DNA of 64,000 nt, from assembly GCA_002189035.1 (NCBI GenBank), contig CM007990.1:4588001-4652000 (forward strand), given 5' to 3'. Positions 40,254 through 53,584 of this stretch are shown here, one piece after another. Each line of letters opens with the position of its first letter. Positions within the stretch are counted from its first letter, which is position 1. A program made the position numbers and the translations under genes. Below the pieces are notes generated by a model. The model worked only from the letters and a program-made list of their open reading frames with translations. It had not been told where the DNA came from and ran no database searches. Origin of the DNA: Utricularia gibba. Its lineage: Eukaryota; Plantae; Magnoliophyta.

Positions 40254-41255
40254 GTATTGTTTGGTTATATGTAGAAGGGCATGAAGCTCGGGGGAAGAAG
40301 AGAATGGAGACTGGTTTTCACATGCTCCTGCTCCTCCTCCTCCTTGTATCCCATGCTATGAACACAGGCAGGGCAGACAGCCAAATGATAAAAGGAAATT
40401 TCTAGATTGCCCTATGTTCATTTCTGAAACTAAACCAAATATACCTAACACTAGCAAAAGTTCATTCCACATGATGAAGATCAGTAACTTAAAACGCAAG
40501 TAAGCCTAGATGTATGTAACCTTGGGGTGAGCAGGGCCACTTGCCCCTTAAACTTCACCTGACTTTAGATTTTCTTCTATGTTCTTAGGTGCAGTTCCGC
40601 CTCTTTACAAGAAAACAGTGAAGGGGCTGCGGTCTTTATACTCAGCTCCATATGCCCTGGAGTCAGTCTTCACAACAGTACAGCTTTGTTAAGCTCTGCT
40701 CTTACAGAATCAGCACCAACAAACACCTCCTTCGAATTCCAGAAATGGGCAACCGAAAGTTCTGAAAAAAGATGTGGCCCAACAGGTTCAAGCATCTCTA
40801 GTCTCCCTAGAATCAAAGGAGGGGTTTTGCTTAGCATGGCTAAGGTAGCAAAAGAAAGTTCAAAGAGAAGCATTATCCTCAAGCTTTCTCAAATCCTCCT
40901 CATTATCCCCTTGCCATCATGCTCCATTAGTGGAGCCTGCTATCTGTCCATTTGTCTGGCCAGTGTTCTTGTATGAGAGCTGCATTCTTTTTGGACGTAT
41001 TGGAATTGGCCCAGATGATGGGAAGCCTTTGAACCACAGAGTTAGCCAAGAATGGCAATTTGCTGACATCATTCCATGCTCATGCTCCATAGCTTTTTGG
41101 ACAATAAAATCAGCATATTCGTGTGCCCTTAGCAATTCAAGCATTTTCGTGTGTTGTTGTATTGGATTGGGTTCGTAACTTTCTGCAAATGGGTTGATTT
41201 AAATTGGTCCAACAATTTTTGGGCGTTTCGTGTCGTGATCCAGTTGGCTTCTTTA

Positions 41256-44200
41256 ATGTCAGCACTGGTCGTTTCTCTACCCAAGTGGCGACACTTGTTT
41301 CAGATTCACGGTTGCCGAGGCTTCATCCGTTTTCCGGTATCGAATTGTTACTGCCCAGGAAACATGAAGCCTCCAGTTGCTAAGAAAGTGAACCACGAAA
41401 TGACGATGTTTGGGGACGTCAGAGTTGATAACTATTACTGGCTCCGTGATGACTCCCGCACAGATGCAGAAATTCTTGATCATCTCCGACAAGAGAACGC
41501 GTATACGGATCACGTTATGTCTGGTATGTTGGGCGTATCAGTAGGTTGAGTTTTTCGTAACTTTTTCGTGGAAAATGTGTCTAGTTTATATGTGTCGTTC
41601 TAATAGTCACGGTGGAAGGAGGGAAACCCGGTCTGCGTGACTTGGATCCTTTTTTATTCAGCTCCTTAGATAGAAATTGGACATCGTGTGAGGGACTGAA
41701 AAGTAGAGTTTCGTTTGGGGTTCATCTGCTAGCATTGTGCTCAGTGGGTGTATCTATTTGCTACATACGTGCTCTCTCATTTCAGAAACAAAGCAGTTAG
41801 AAGAACAGATTTATAAGGAAATAAGAGGCCGTCTCAAAGAAGATGACATATCAGCTCCTTTTCGGAGGGGGCCTATTATTATTATAGAAGAACCTTACAA
41901 GGCAAAGAATACAGCATGCACTGCCGCCGCCTAGTGGATAATATTGGTGGGAAGAAGTTATCTGTTCATGACACCATGTCAACAGGACCCGATGCCCCTC
42001 CGGAGCATGTTCTCCTTGATGAAAATGTCAAAGCTCAAGGATGCTCCTATTACAAAGTTGATGCTTTTAAAGTAAGACATCTTTTTATTCTTTTTCACTT
42101 GGAAAACATATTAGAAAAGCTACTTGAGTATCATCTATATTGGTTGGAAGTGGTAGGAGATTTGATGCTCACCTCATAGGCTATGCTATGATTCAAGTAC
42201 GGTTGAATTCTATAATCAATATTATGTGCAGCATTTGATAACGCTATCGCTGATTATGAAGAAATCCATGAGGATCGTCCTCAAGGGCCTAGTCATTATA
42301 AAGAAATCCAATGATGCAGTGTTATAATACAAAAGTACAAATTTTTAATTCATGGGCGGCAGCTTGATTTACAGCTCTTCTTGATTTGAAATTTACACTG
42401 TTCTGGATGCTGAATCTGGCAGTCACATCAAATCTTGAATGGGCTAGTGTGATGCTTTAGTTTATACTACAATGGATGAAATCCTCCGGCCTGACAAGGT
42501 ATCCATTATTTCCTGTATACTTGTATTCGATGTTTTTTATTGTTTCTTAATCCTTATTGTGTTTTTTCTTAACATTTTTTGTCCTAAAGGTATCCATTAT
42601 TCCAGAACTATCATTGTCACGGTTCTTGGTCATAACAAATCTTATCCTGTCTTTTTTTTTTTTCAGGTATGGTTGCATCTGTTGGGGACTGAGCAGTCAT
42701 TAGATCGATGTCTTTATCATGAAAAGGATGAGATGTTTAGTGTTGGTTTGTATTCTTCTGAGAACAAGAGGTTCCTCTTTGTCGAATCTGAGAGCAAAAC
42801 TACCAGTTATCTCTTCTATCTGGATGTTTCTAAGCCTGAAGAAGGGCTAGTTGTTTTGACCCCTCGCTTGGATGGCATCGAAACCTCAGCAAGTCATCGT
42901 GGGGATCATTTTTTTATCAACAAAAAAAGTCTCCAGTGTTTCAATGGTGAAATTCTCGTTTGCCGCCTGGATGATACATCTAACTCCACGGTTGTCCTTC
43001 CTCACCGACCAAGGTAACATTTAATGCACCATTCATGTTTCTATTTCACTTCTTTCGTGTTTCAGTTATTTGAAGTTTATATCAGGATGCCATACTTTCT
43101 ATGACGGTGGTAACACCTGACAACAACCTACAATCTCCTCTTCTGATACATTCAAAAAACATTCTCTCAGTGTGAAGATTCAGGCAATGCAACTATTTAG
43201 TGATCATCTTGTTGTTTTTGAGCGTGAAAATGGTCTGCCGAAGATAACATTTTATCATCTCCCAGCTATAGGAGAGCCAATCAACAAACTTCAAGATGGT
43301 AAGACTGTTGACTTTCCCGATCCTGTGTATTCGGTGGATTCAATGGAGTCTGAATTCTCTTCCAGTATTTTGAGGTATCTTTATACCTCCATAAAAGCTC
43401 CACCTTCAGTGTATGATTATGACATGGACTCCGGGATTTCAGTTCTTAAGAAGGCTGATCAGGTTTGTCAACAAGTTTCACTGATTTAAGTCTCATCTAT
43501 CATCTCTATAAGTATTTTCAGATTGTTGGTAGATAGTTTCCTGTACGCTGTATTTTACTTTATCTATTGGTTTTATATCTAACTATAATTTTGAACCTAA
43601 AGAGAATAAACATCTCCTCTATCCTACCGTTAGTCTATCAACCCAATGACAGGAAAGAAGTATTCGTAGAAGTGAAGTAGGCTAATACACATTTTTTAGT
43701 TGAGGTGACTGGATCACATTTTGAGGTATTCTGTCAGGTATTGGGAGATTTTGACTCGGAGAATTATATAGCTGAAAGAAAGTGGGCTACTGCAGATGAC
43801 AGCACTAAAATTCCTATTTCCATTTTATATAGAAGAGATATGGTGAAGCTCGATGGTTCAGATCCTTTACTTTTATACGGTTATGGTTCCTATGAGGTAA
43901 TATTTTGTATTCCCAGTTGTACCCTGTACACATGTTTATAATCATCTGGATAAAACCACGAGCACCTTTTTTCTCATAATGGTTTGATCCTTTTTTTTTT
44001 ACCGGTGACTGTTTGAACAGATGTGTGTAGACCCACGTTTCAATGCTTCAAGGTTGTCGTTGTTAGACAGAGGTTTTATTTATGCAATTGCCCACATAAG
44101 GGGAGGTGGTGAAATGGGGAGACCGTGGTATGAAAATGGAAAGATGCTCAGTAAAAAGAATACCTTCACGGACTTCATTGCTTGTGCTGAATATCTGATG

Positions 44201-45214
44201 GAACAGAAGTATGTCTCCAAGGAAAAATTATGCATTGAAGGAAGAAGTGCTGGTGGCTTGTTAATCGGCGCTGTTATTAACATGCGACCTGATTTATGCA
44301 AAGCTGCTGTGGCTGGAGTACCGTTTGTTGATGTTTTGACTACAATGCTTGACTCGACCATTCCCCTTACAACCTCAGAATGGGAGGTATTTTTCCTGCT
44401 GTACCTTTTACTTGTCTCTTTCTGAATATCCGTAACAACTCAGTGGCTTTCAAGGAACTTGAGACTATAACCTGTCTCCGTAACTTACAGCTCTAACATT
44501 AACTTTTTGAAAATGATGATGGTGATTGCTTATTTCTTTTCTCCAGGAATGGGGTGATCCACGCAGTGAAGAGTTTTACTGCTACATGAAATCCTACTCG
44601 CCTGTTGATAATGTTTGTGAGACTCAAGTTTTCCAATCTATCCTACTTGAAACTGACTTCCATGTTTTGTCAACAGATCACGGCACAAAATTATCCTGCA
44701 CTTCTTGTCACTGCTGGATTGAACGGTAAGATCCAGAGCCAAATGTTGGCCTCATTTACACCTTCTTCCATCCTTCTCTGATCAGAGAAAGCTGTTCCCT
44801 CCATAACACAAACAGAACACACTCTGCTATGAAAGATTCTTCCTACAAAGCACATGAGAATGCCTTGTCCATCTTATGCATTTGTTTTTTACTTGAACTC
44901 CAGACAGGCGCGTCATGTACTCAGAACCAGCAAAGTTTGTTGCCAAGCTGAGGGAAATGAAGACTGATGACAACATTCTGATCTTCAAGTGCGATCTGGG
45001 TGCGGGTCATTTCTCCAAGTCAGGGAGGTCCGTTTACACAACACTCTTCTTTCGATCCCACCATTTGGCCTTAGACACACACCCCAGCTTTTGGCTCCAT
45101 GTGTGTTTGTATCCATCCAGGTTCGAGAAACTGCAAGACGAGGCCTTCACTTGTGCCTTCATCCTCAAGGCGCTCAGCATGCATACTTCCCCCAAAGGTG
45201 AAGTTTCCACTTGA
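41256..45214 (+). CDS. Oligopeptidase B (protease 2, S9A) gene; exon 2 frameshift and degraded exon 3, possibly a decaying copy
   Basis: KPPVAKKVNHEMTMFGDVRVDNYYWLRDDSR, LLYGYGSYE, IAHIRGGGEMGR, catalytic GRSAGG, Asp in GLND, His in GAGHFSKSGR. Start codon (41256 versus a later ATG before KPPVAKK) uncertain. Confidence 0.85.
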
Positions 45215-45931
45215 TTGCTGCTTATCTTTTACCTCCACTTGGAGTTTCTGGGAGAAGATAATCATACTGTGGTTTTATTTAAAGATGTGTATTGTAATTT
45301 TATTTTATATAATAATGTTATTAAAGTAATTTATTTAGATCATTTTAATTTGTAATTTTTTTCTCATATAAAATCATTTTATCATCAGTTGGAAGGGAGA
45401 GTTTTTTAAGTATTAAGATTTTTCATTTCAATGAATTATTTTTCAAGGAAACGAGAGCAGTTTTTTTTTTATAAATTTAGAATAAAATATTTTTTAATTA
45501 ATTTATATAATTTTATAAAGTTTATTTGCGTATACATGTTATTAAATAATTCTGAGTTAGTTAATTGCTTTCCAAAATCCGACTTTTTTCTAAACAAAAA
45601 ATAATAAAATATTTACCTATAAAAAGGAAATTCCAAGAAGATGCCCTAAATCGGGCCGATGTAGCTGCGTCGCCAGCGGCCCAGAGGATGAACTCGAGTA
45701 TATTTGAGCCGAAAACGAAGACGTTGATAGTGGGCTTGAAAATGTTTTTTTCAGCCCAGGTATATACCACCTTGGCCCATTTGTCTCTCCCAATTCCCGC
45801 GCTGACCTAGGTAATCTTCTTCACTTCCCAGTTCCGCGTACCTGAGCTTGGATAAGGGCAAGTTGTTGTATTGCTATCGGGCCCTTGTCGGAACAGCGTG
45901 TAGTCGCGGTTACTCCGGAAAGTCAGTGGCA

Positions 45932-46901
45932 ATGAGTACCATGAAGTTCTGCCGAGAATGGTTTGCGGAGCAATTGCTTTTTTTTTTTGGTTTCCTATCA
46001 CGCAGAGCTTGGTTCTTGGAGGATGTAACTGTGTATTTTTTTCCATGTTATTCGCATTTGTGCAGTAATAACATTCTATACCCGAAGGAAGATAAGGATC
46101 AGAAGATTCTGCTGTATGCTTGTCGAAATTGTGATCATCAGGTTTGTGGTGGGGGAGATTTGCGGTTTACTGGTGTTTAATCGTCTGAAGACATTCGGCT
46201 CTATGTCGATTGAGGCATCACTTTTATTACTAGGCGTAGAGAAGTTTTTTTTTTCCTACTTGACTTGTGGGCTTGGGTGCAGGAGGATGCCGATAACAAC
46301 TGTGTATACAGAAACGAGATACACCATGCTGTTGGGGAACGCACCCAAGTCTTGCAAGATGTAGCTGCGGATCCGACACTCCCGCGCACTAAATCAGTGC
46401 GTTGTTCTGTTTGTGGGCATGGGGAAGCTGTGTTCTTTCAGGTACTTTTTACTTTCCCCCACCACAGAATGCAAGTAGGATCACTAATTTTGTGCATCTT
46501 TTTTTTTTTTTCAACGTCGACCCCATGGTACAGTACAGAACACAGCCGTGGATCTCACTGTTGCTAAGATCTTTATGTTCCTGAAGTTGCTTTCCTGCTT
46601 TAGTTTCCATGAGTTTCCCGCCTGATTCTGAATTAAAGTAGCTTATTCTTAAGGTTAACTGTCCCAAGTTTTCTTTCTTTGTGGTTTGTGTCATCTGCTC
46701 CGTCTTACTTGCTAGACACTGCTGAAATATGCTATTTTTTAGGTTATTTTCAATGTGACTGCAGATCATGTTGGGTTTTGAACCAAGTGCTTGTTTGTTA
46801 TTGCTATGTTTCTGGCGCAGGCAACTGCTAGGGGTGAAGAAGGAATGACACTATTCTTTGTTTGTTGTAACCCGAATTGCGGCAATCGATGGAGGGACTA
46901 G
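45932..46901 (+). CDS. NRPB9: RNA polymerase II/IV/V subunit 9, 4 exons
   Basis: [20 protein letters not shown]...YACRNCDHQ...[53 protein letters not shown]. Confidence 0.97.
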
Positions 46902-47331
46902 AGAGTTTTGGGTTTCTTCGTCTGGAATCAAGCCACTAGCTGTACCAGGAATACCATGTTGGGAGTATTCCATGAAAATTATTGCCATTGGATGGAGTTC
47001 TATCTTCCAGATGATGGATCAAGGGCTTTAGGCCCTTTGTAGCATCTCGTAATGGTTACATATACTCTGTGAAGGTTCAACTTTTTTAATGAGATATCAA
47101 GTAGAAGTTGTGAGGATTTCACATATCCTATGGGTGAACAGCTATAAGCCCGATATCAGTATCAGCTCTTCGTGGGAAAACTCGACATCAGTATTGGTTC
47201 TTTAATCAAGTGCTGGATTCAGAGAATTCCCGATGTGGGATTACACCAAAAGAACACCGACCAGTAGCACAAACAGCAACAACCCGCACTTCTCCATAGT
47301 CATCGTCCTTGAAAATATTACAGTTGTTCCT

Positions 47332-50300
47332 TCAAAGCATTATAGTCGTTGTCCCTCCTTTCCTTTCCCACCATTTTTTCCTAGCTTTCTCCTCATTACT
47401 TCCAATGCTGTCGAGAATGGTCTTGGTTTCCTTCAGCCTTGCGCTGTAATCCTTTTGCCATGCATGGAATGTCTGCTTCAACCTAAGAAGCTCTTGGTCT
47501 GGATCCAAGCTTGCTGCATCTACCTGACCCGACCTAGCTTCCACCAGGAACCGTGCATCATCTCCAAATGCCTGGCACCTTTGCTCAAACTCTTGTGCTA
47601 GATGACTGATCATGCCCAGACTACCGGTGCCATTTGATATGGCTTCTGGACTTCCCTGGTCCCTTGCTGTTTCCCAGCTTTCATCCCTTCCGCTTCCATT
47701 CACCGATGCTTCAGAGTTTCTTCGGGAGTCCTCAGGCATGAGATTCCTTTTGGCAACGGAGAGGCTGCACTGGAGTGACCTCATTTGGTTCTGCCAAGCC
47801 TCCTCCATGGACCTCATCTTTAGCTCATACTCTAACCACCGAGCCTCATATTGCTGCAGACGTTGCCGAATCATGTCGTTCTCTGCTTCCTTGCCTTTCA
47901 GCCAAGCTTCAGCTCTAAGGGCACGGCATTGCAGTTCAGCAACAAATGATGTCTTCACTAGCACCTCTTCTTGCTCCACCTGACAGAAACAGCCACTGAT
48001 CTAGTGAAAAAAGATGGATTTCAGATGCAGCATTTTGGTAGCAAGAATATTTCAGTACATTTCGCCTCATGAATTGCAGCAATCCGATGTCCCCAGAGCA
48101 TCTCCTCACCAACCAACCACGGATAACTAGCAGGTAAAAGAAAGAACACATGCAGGATATAGTAAGAAGTTTCCTTTTGGAGCTGAAGTTTGTGCAAGAT
48201 CAATGACTAGCAGCAACCTGATTGTATTACTGTGGATGCATCACTTAACCTTTTGAACTTGTTACGGACAGACCTTGCTCTGGCTCGTTTCTGGATATAT
48301 GTAGCTGCTCTGTACCTGTGTAACAGAAAGGAGTAGTCTTTCCGGATTCTTTCGCCACGGATAACTGCAAGGGAAAGTTGCATGAATGGCAATACAGATA
48401 GCAAAAGTGCAGCATTGAAATCATCCCTGAGCTGAAAACATACAAGACTGAAGACCGACAGCATGTCGTATCAACTCCCTCAGTTTGCGACGAGCCTGAT
48501 GCCCTCTAAAACAGCTTTGCACCCGCAAAATGCTATGTAAAGTGCGGTTTCTTGTGTCTTCCAGTACACCAATCTAACATCTCAAAGCAAGCAGACTCAC
48601 CAACATGGAGATGCATTGCAAGAAGAAGAGGAAAAGAGAGGATCAAATTTACCTGTCCAGCTCGGAAAAATATTTTCGTGTATCCCACTTGATACATCTC
48701 AGGTGGGATACCAAACTGATGGAGAATTGCAACCGAAACGCCAAGGGGGTGCTGTGAAGAAACGTTTTCCAGAAGAAAACCATACCTGATGAAGAAGAGC
48801 AAATCAAGTGACTGTAGGAAAAATGCAGAGGTGATCAGTTGCAGTACTTTGATTGAAATTGCTATATGGTTCACCTCCTGGCGAACTTCTGATGAGACAT
48901 TCTAGTAGGAAATCCAGATCTTGATATTCGAACAACCTCCAAGACTCCACAACTGCGGAGCTGGTGCAGAACAAGTCCTTGATCATAATTACCTGGAGAC
49001 TGGAAATCGTTTGGCTTCACGCAGCGTATGAAATGTGGCGTGGTATTCTCAAGACGTTGCATCAGTTGGAACAGTTGCCCCTAGCAACAAAAATGGCATC
49101 AAGAGAATATGCAAAACAAGGATCCTTGCAGTTCCAGTAAACTGAAGCACAGCTTACTTTGAATTTGGTTGCAACGCTTAACTTTTGTGAATCTGCTCCA
49201 CCAGATTTGTGCAATGCGCCTACTACAGGCTTCTCAGACTGAGTGAGCATAGATGCAAATGCCTGCGGAAGGCAGCAGGTGCTGGAAGATAGGAGTTCTA
49301 TAGAATCCAAATGAAGCGAGTCGCGATTCTTTTCGAGAAAACCAGTGGTGTCGTAGCTGACCTGAAAGCATATGCATATATCCATCAAGCTAGATAGTCA
49401 CTGAATAATCTGTACTGCAAAAGGCAAACCTCTCCGGCATAATGGCACACAGTAAAAGCTTTTTCTCTTTGTCCTCGGAAACAAGGATTGGGACTGAGAT
49501 GTTGTCTGAGTTTGTCCGCAAAGGTCATATCAGTACCATTTGGAAATGTTGATTCCTCATTCAGCAAGGAGATCAAACCCAGAGGTTTCTATAGAAAAAA
49601 AGTTGTTTCAATGAGATTCTTGCACAGGTAGATACCAGAGAAAAGGAAGTAACACCTTTTCGAAAAGATTGAGGCAGTCTTGATTGTCTTCAAACTCAAT
49701 CTTCGCCCAGTCAATGCCATCTTGGATGTATTCCTGCAAAGAGAACAATGCTCAAAGTCGTCCGACTCTCCAACAACATATGCCAAGAAGTTTAGAACAG
49801 TGAACATATCCAGGAAGAGAATGGTGTAAGTCAGGAACAAACCTCTTGCTCCAATTTGAACAAATGGCGGTTGAAGTGCTGCTGCAACCTTTCGTTGGCA
49901 TAATTGATACAAAACTGCTCGAAACTATTCCTCTGTCACAAAAATGGAAGGTGTTCAACAGAGAACAGCAGGGAAGAAGGAAGAATTTGGAGAACATAGA
50001 AACTAGCACACCTCAAATGCCTCAAAACCATATATGTCCAGAATACTGATTGACCTTCCGGTACGATTCTTTCCGACAGCCAGAGACTTGTTAATCTGTT
50101 CTACAAGCCAGTCAAACAAGCAAGCATATATTGACTTTGCTAATGCATCTCTTGAGTCAATAGCCTGAAATGCAATGGATGGGAAGAGAAGGACCAGTCA
50201 GAACTGAAAGGGAACACAGCTCCACCATTAAAAATTTCTCAACCTGAGATAGTGTAAGCTTCTGTATGACTGTGTCAGTCTTTTTTCCGACCCTCATTCT

Positions 50301-52554
50301 TCGAGTGGACAGCGCTAGCTTCAGTGCCTCTATAGTGCAGCCGATCAATGTAGCAGCAGTTGTAAGAGCTGAAACATGGAAGGGGAATACTGGAAGAATG
50401 AGCACAGAGCAACTGATTTTAGTAAAGCAAACCAATACTGGGATATTCCTACCTTCATCCATTACTGGTTCAACATGGTTTTCAGAATCAACCACGGCAA
50501 ACGAGACATTTCCAAGCCAAAGAACTGCAGCTAGCATTGCAAAGACGCTTTCTTGGTCCTCTTTTTTAACATGAACAATATCCAAAGCATCCTGGAGTGA
50601 AAAAAAATGGATTTTTTCAAAGTTTTTCGCAGTCAATAATGCAAGATGAGGAACCATTGAAGTTTGAGGAAGAGAAGACCAGGACAAGAGTATACCAATA
50701 CAATATAAAACTGATCAGCGTCATAAACTCCTGAGATTCTATAGCAATTCCCTTGTCTTAGATACTCGTACTCCATTGCAGTCCTCAAATTTAGCTTTTC
50801 TGCAAACAATGCAGAGAATATATCATGAGGAAGTTCATTATATCAGATCAAGGAGGAAGTTAAGAGAGATGAGGAAGTTCAATGTACCTTTAAGGCCGCG
50901 GGGAGCACCAGCACAAAGTTGATAAAATATATGGTAAGATCTTTCTCCATCTGAGCATTGCACCACTCTAGACTGTGGAGAAAAAAGCCTGTCTTAGTTG
51001 TGAAGATGGGGGAATCATAATGAAGATAATACAAAGACAGTAGATACCTTTTCCAATAAAACTGCAAGGAGTCAAAAGCGACATCAATAATAACACAGAT
51101 TTTTCATTAGCCACTTTTCAACAGAAAACGTATTGGTTAATAGAAATGCATAGAAGATGCAATCATACAAGTCTGAACTCTGGCTCCTGATATCTTTCCA
51201 GTCTTGCTGAAATGGATTTCAATCAGCTTTCCCTGCAGTAAGTTCCAAATTAGTTGTTTCAGTAATAGCAACACTGAGGCATCCTCATCCAAGTAAAAAG
51301 CCACTTACAAATCGACTTGAATTATCATTCCTTAGAGTCTTGGCATTTCCAAAGGCTTCCAAAATTGGATTTGTTTTCAATATCTCATACTCTATCCCAC
51401 TACCACCTCCAAGGGAAGCTAGATACTGCATTGCTATCTTTGCAGTCTCGGTTTTCCCAGCTCCACTCTCCCCACTAGTTAAAGGATAATCAAACTCATC
51501 TTAGCCCTTAGGACTATCATACAAAAATCAGTAAAAGAGTAAAAACCTCACCTTATGATTATAGATTGGTTCACCTCATCTGCAGATAGAATGGGCCAAG
51601 TCACAAATTATGCCAATAATTAGTTTGACATGGTTGTATTCAAGTTAGCAGCATCAAAAGGTTAAATATACCTCGCATCATTTCACTCAGAGCCTTATCA
51701 GCAATGGCATATACATGTGGGTTGTCAATAGATTTGCACTTATAAGCTTGGATGTAATCATCGCCATACAATGGGATTCGCTTAAATGGATTAATGGCAA
51801 CCAGAACAGGCCCTGCTTTCGTCTGGATGAGAAGAAAAATGAGAAAATGGAGGCCAATTTCAAGAAGCCTTGAAGTAGATCACTTACATAAATTATGTCA
51901 CGGTCATATCTATACTGCAGGTTGTACAATACTGAAGGCTCATTCAAGTAACTTAGCTGCAATAGGTCATCTACTCCACCGAGTATATCAGGATTAGCAG
52001 GCACCAGGAACTTTACACCTACTTTCAAAACCTAGACAGTGAAACTGGTAAGGAACGAATTCAAACCAGTTGCTGAAAAACATTCAAGAGGGTACTAGCT
52101 CATGCTTACTCTTCCATTGGCCAATGATATCAGTGATTGATCTCCTGAAGTACTGAGAATTGTTGCCAGTTGCCAATTACCATTTGGAAGCTGAAACCAC
52201 GACTGGAGCCTCTGTGGAACACCATTCCGGTTTCAATTTATGACCCCACTAGGATTTAAAAAGTAGTTCATATTCAATCACATAACAGAAGAAACACAGT
52301 ACCTTCTTTGACGGATAAGAGGTGATGTCGCCCCACTTCGAGTCAACATTCGATTCCTTAACAGAGGTAGTGGCATCATGAACCAAAGGAGAATGCTCTT
52401 TGACTGACACCATACTAGAATAAGGAGATTCATCATTATCCCAAGCATTGACGTTTTCATCAGAAAAGATCATCATCCCACCACAAACTGACTGAGAAAC
52501 GAGCCTAAAATCACGTGGCAACGATCTAACAGACCGAAGAGAAGGCGATATCAT
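47332..52554 (-). CDS. Class VIII myosin (ATM1/VIII-A-like), more than 20 exons
   Basis: [10 protein letters not shown]-terminus, [17 protein letters not shown]-loop [21 protein letters not shown]...[27 protein letters not shown] motifs, myosin VIII tail [23 protein letters not shown]...[14 protein letters not shown]. Confidence 0.95.
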
Positions 52555-52871
52555 TTTCTGAAGTAGGGGTCCCTTCTTTTTTCTTCATCCTCAATAAATG
52601 AATCACAACGACGGCGAACCTGCAACTGGTTCAAAAAGGAAGCGTAAAGATGAATCGAACTTTTTCTAGTATACCCCATGGAGTTAGCTGCCGAACATAG
52701 TGGAGGGGACCATGCTGTCTTCGAACAAAACACGCTGGGACAAGTCACAACTCACAACGCCCAGTATGCGTCACATCAGCAAATCCCAACTCCCACCTCT
52801 AAAAGTGTTTCCTGCTTTCAGAAAGTCACTACTCCATAATTGACGCAGAGATCCTCAAGCAGGTTTGAGAA

Positions 52872-53120
52872 AAATGAAACTCGCCCAACGGTCATGTGTT
52901 CAAGGAGTGCTCGGACAAGAAACAGAAGTGCATTCAAAAAAAAAAACCCCACATTCATGAACCAAACAAGAAAATCGAGGAAGAGCTTCAAACACCCTAA
53001 ATGAAACTCGCCCAACGGTCATGTTTCAAGGAGTGCTCGGACAAGAAACAGTGCATTCAAAAAAACCCACCTTGATGAACCAAACAACAAAATCGGGGAA
53101 GAGCTTCAACCACCCCAAAT
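52872..53120. repeat. Two-copy tandem duplication, unit about 127 nt, in the myosin 5' leader/intron region
   Basis: AAATGAAACTCGCCCAACGGTCATG...CAAGGAGTGCTCGGACAAGAAACAG...GGAAGAGCTTCAA begins at 52872 and again at 52999, with a few indels. Confidence 0.9.
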
Positions 53121-53584
53121 ACTACATGCAACCACTGAGAGGAGTGAAATGAGAAGACTTGCAGGGGAAAAAGTCTCCATTGTTGTGATGAAACGCGGAC
53201 ATATAATCAAGCGCCGAAAAAAAAGGCCAGTATTTATTGTTCCCGATGAAACAGAAGATCTTCATAGTTCAAGTTGTCTTCTCCAAGTTTGTCAGAAGGA
53301 GAGCATGCAATTCAGGCAATAATCTGTAAGAAAGAGCACATTTCTTCAACATCACTGCTCACATGCAACAGTTTCGGATCTTTCGGCTTTGGATGTGCGT
53401 TCACCACTGTATGATGCTTTCTTGGATCTAAAACCACACCATGTTCAAAGAACAAGTGACCGAATGAAAAAAGAGAAAGGTAAAAAGAACAAGTGAATTA
53501 ATCAGTCACACTCCATACACTCGTGATCTACAGAGAAAGAAAAAAGACTGCGCCTTTTTTGGTCACATCCATGAAAAAAAAAAA

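Noticed and set aside
40471-40562. Box C (ATGATGA) ... box D (CTGA) spacing like a C/D snoRNA, with a short stretch resembling an 18S antisense element
   Set aside because: No terminal stem, the putative guide is short, relies on a wobble and does not abut box D; expected by chance. A snoscan/Infernal hit would reopen it.
42472-42666. Open frame through oligopeptidase B intron 3 encoding a hydrophobic, signal-anchor-like stretch
   Set aside because: T-rich introns give Phe/Leu/Ile runs by chance; no evidence of retention from sequence alone.
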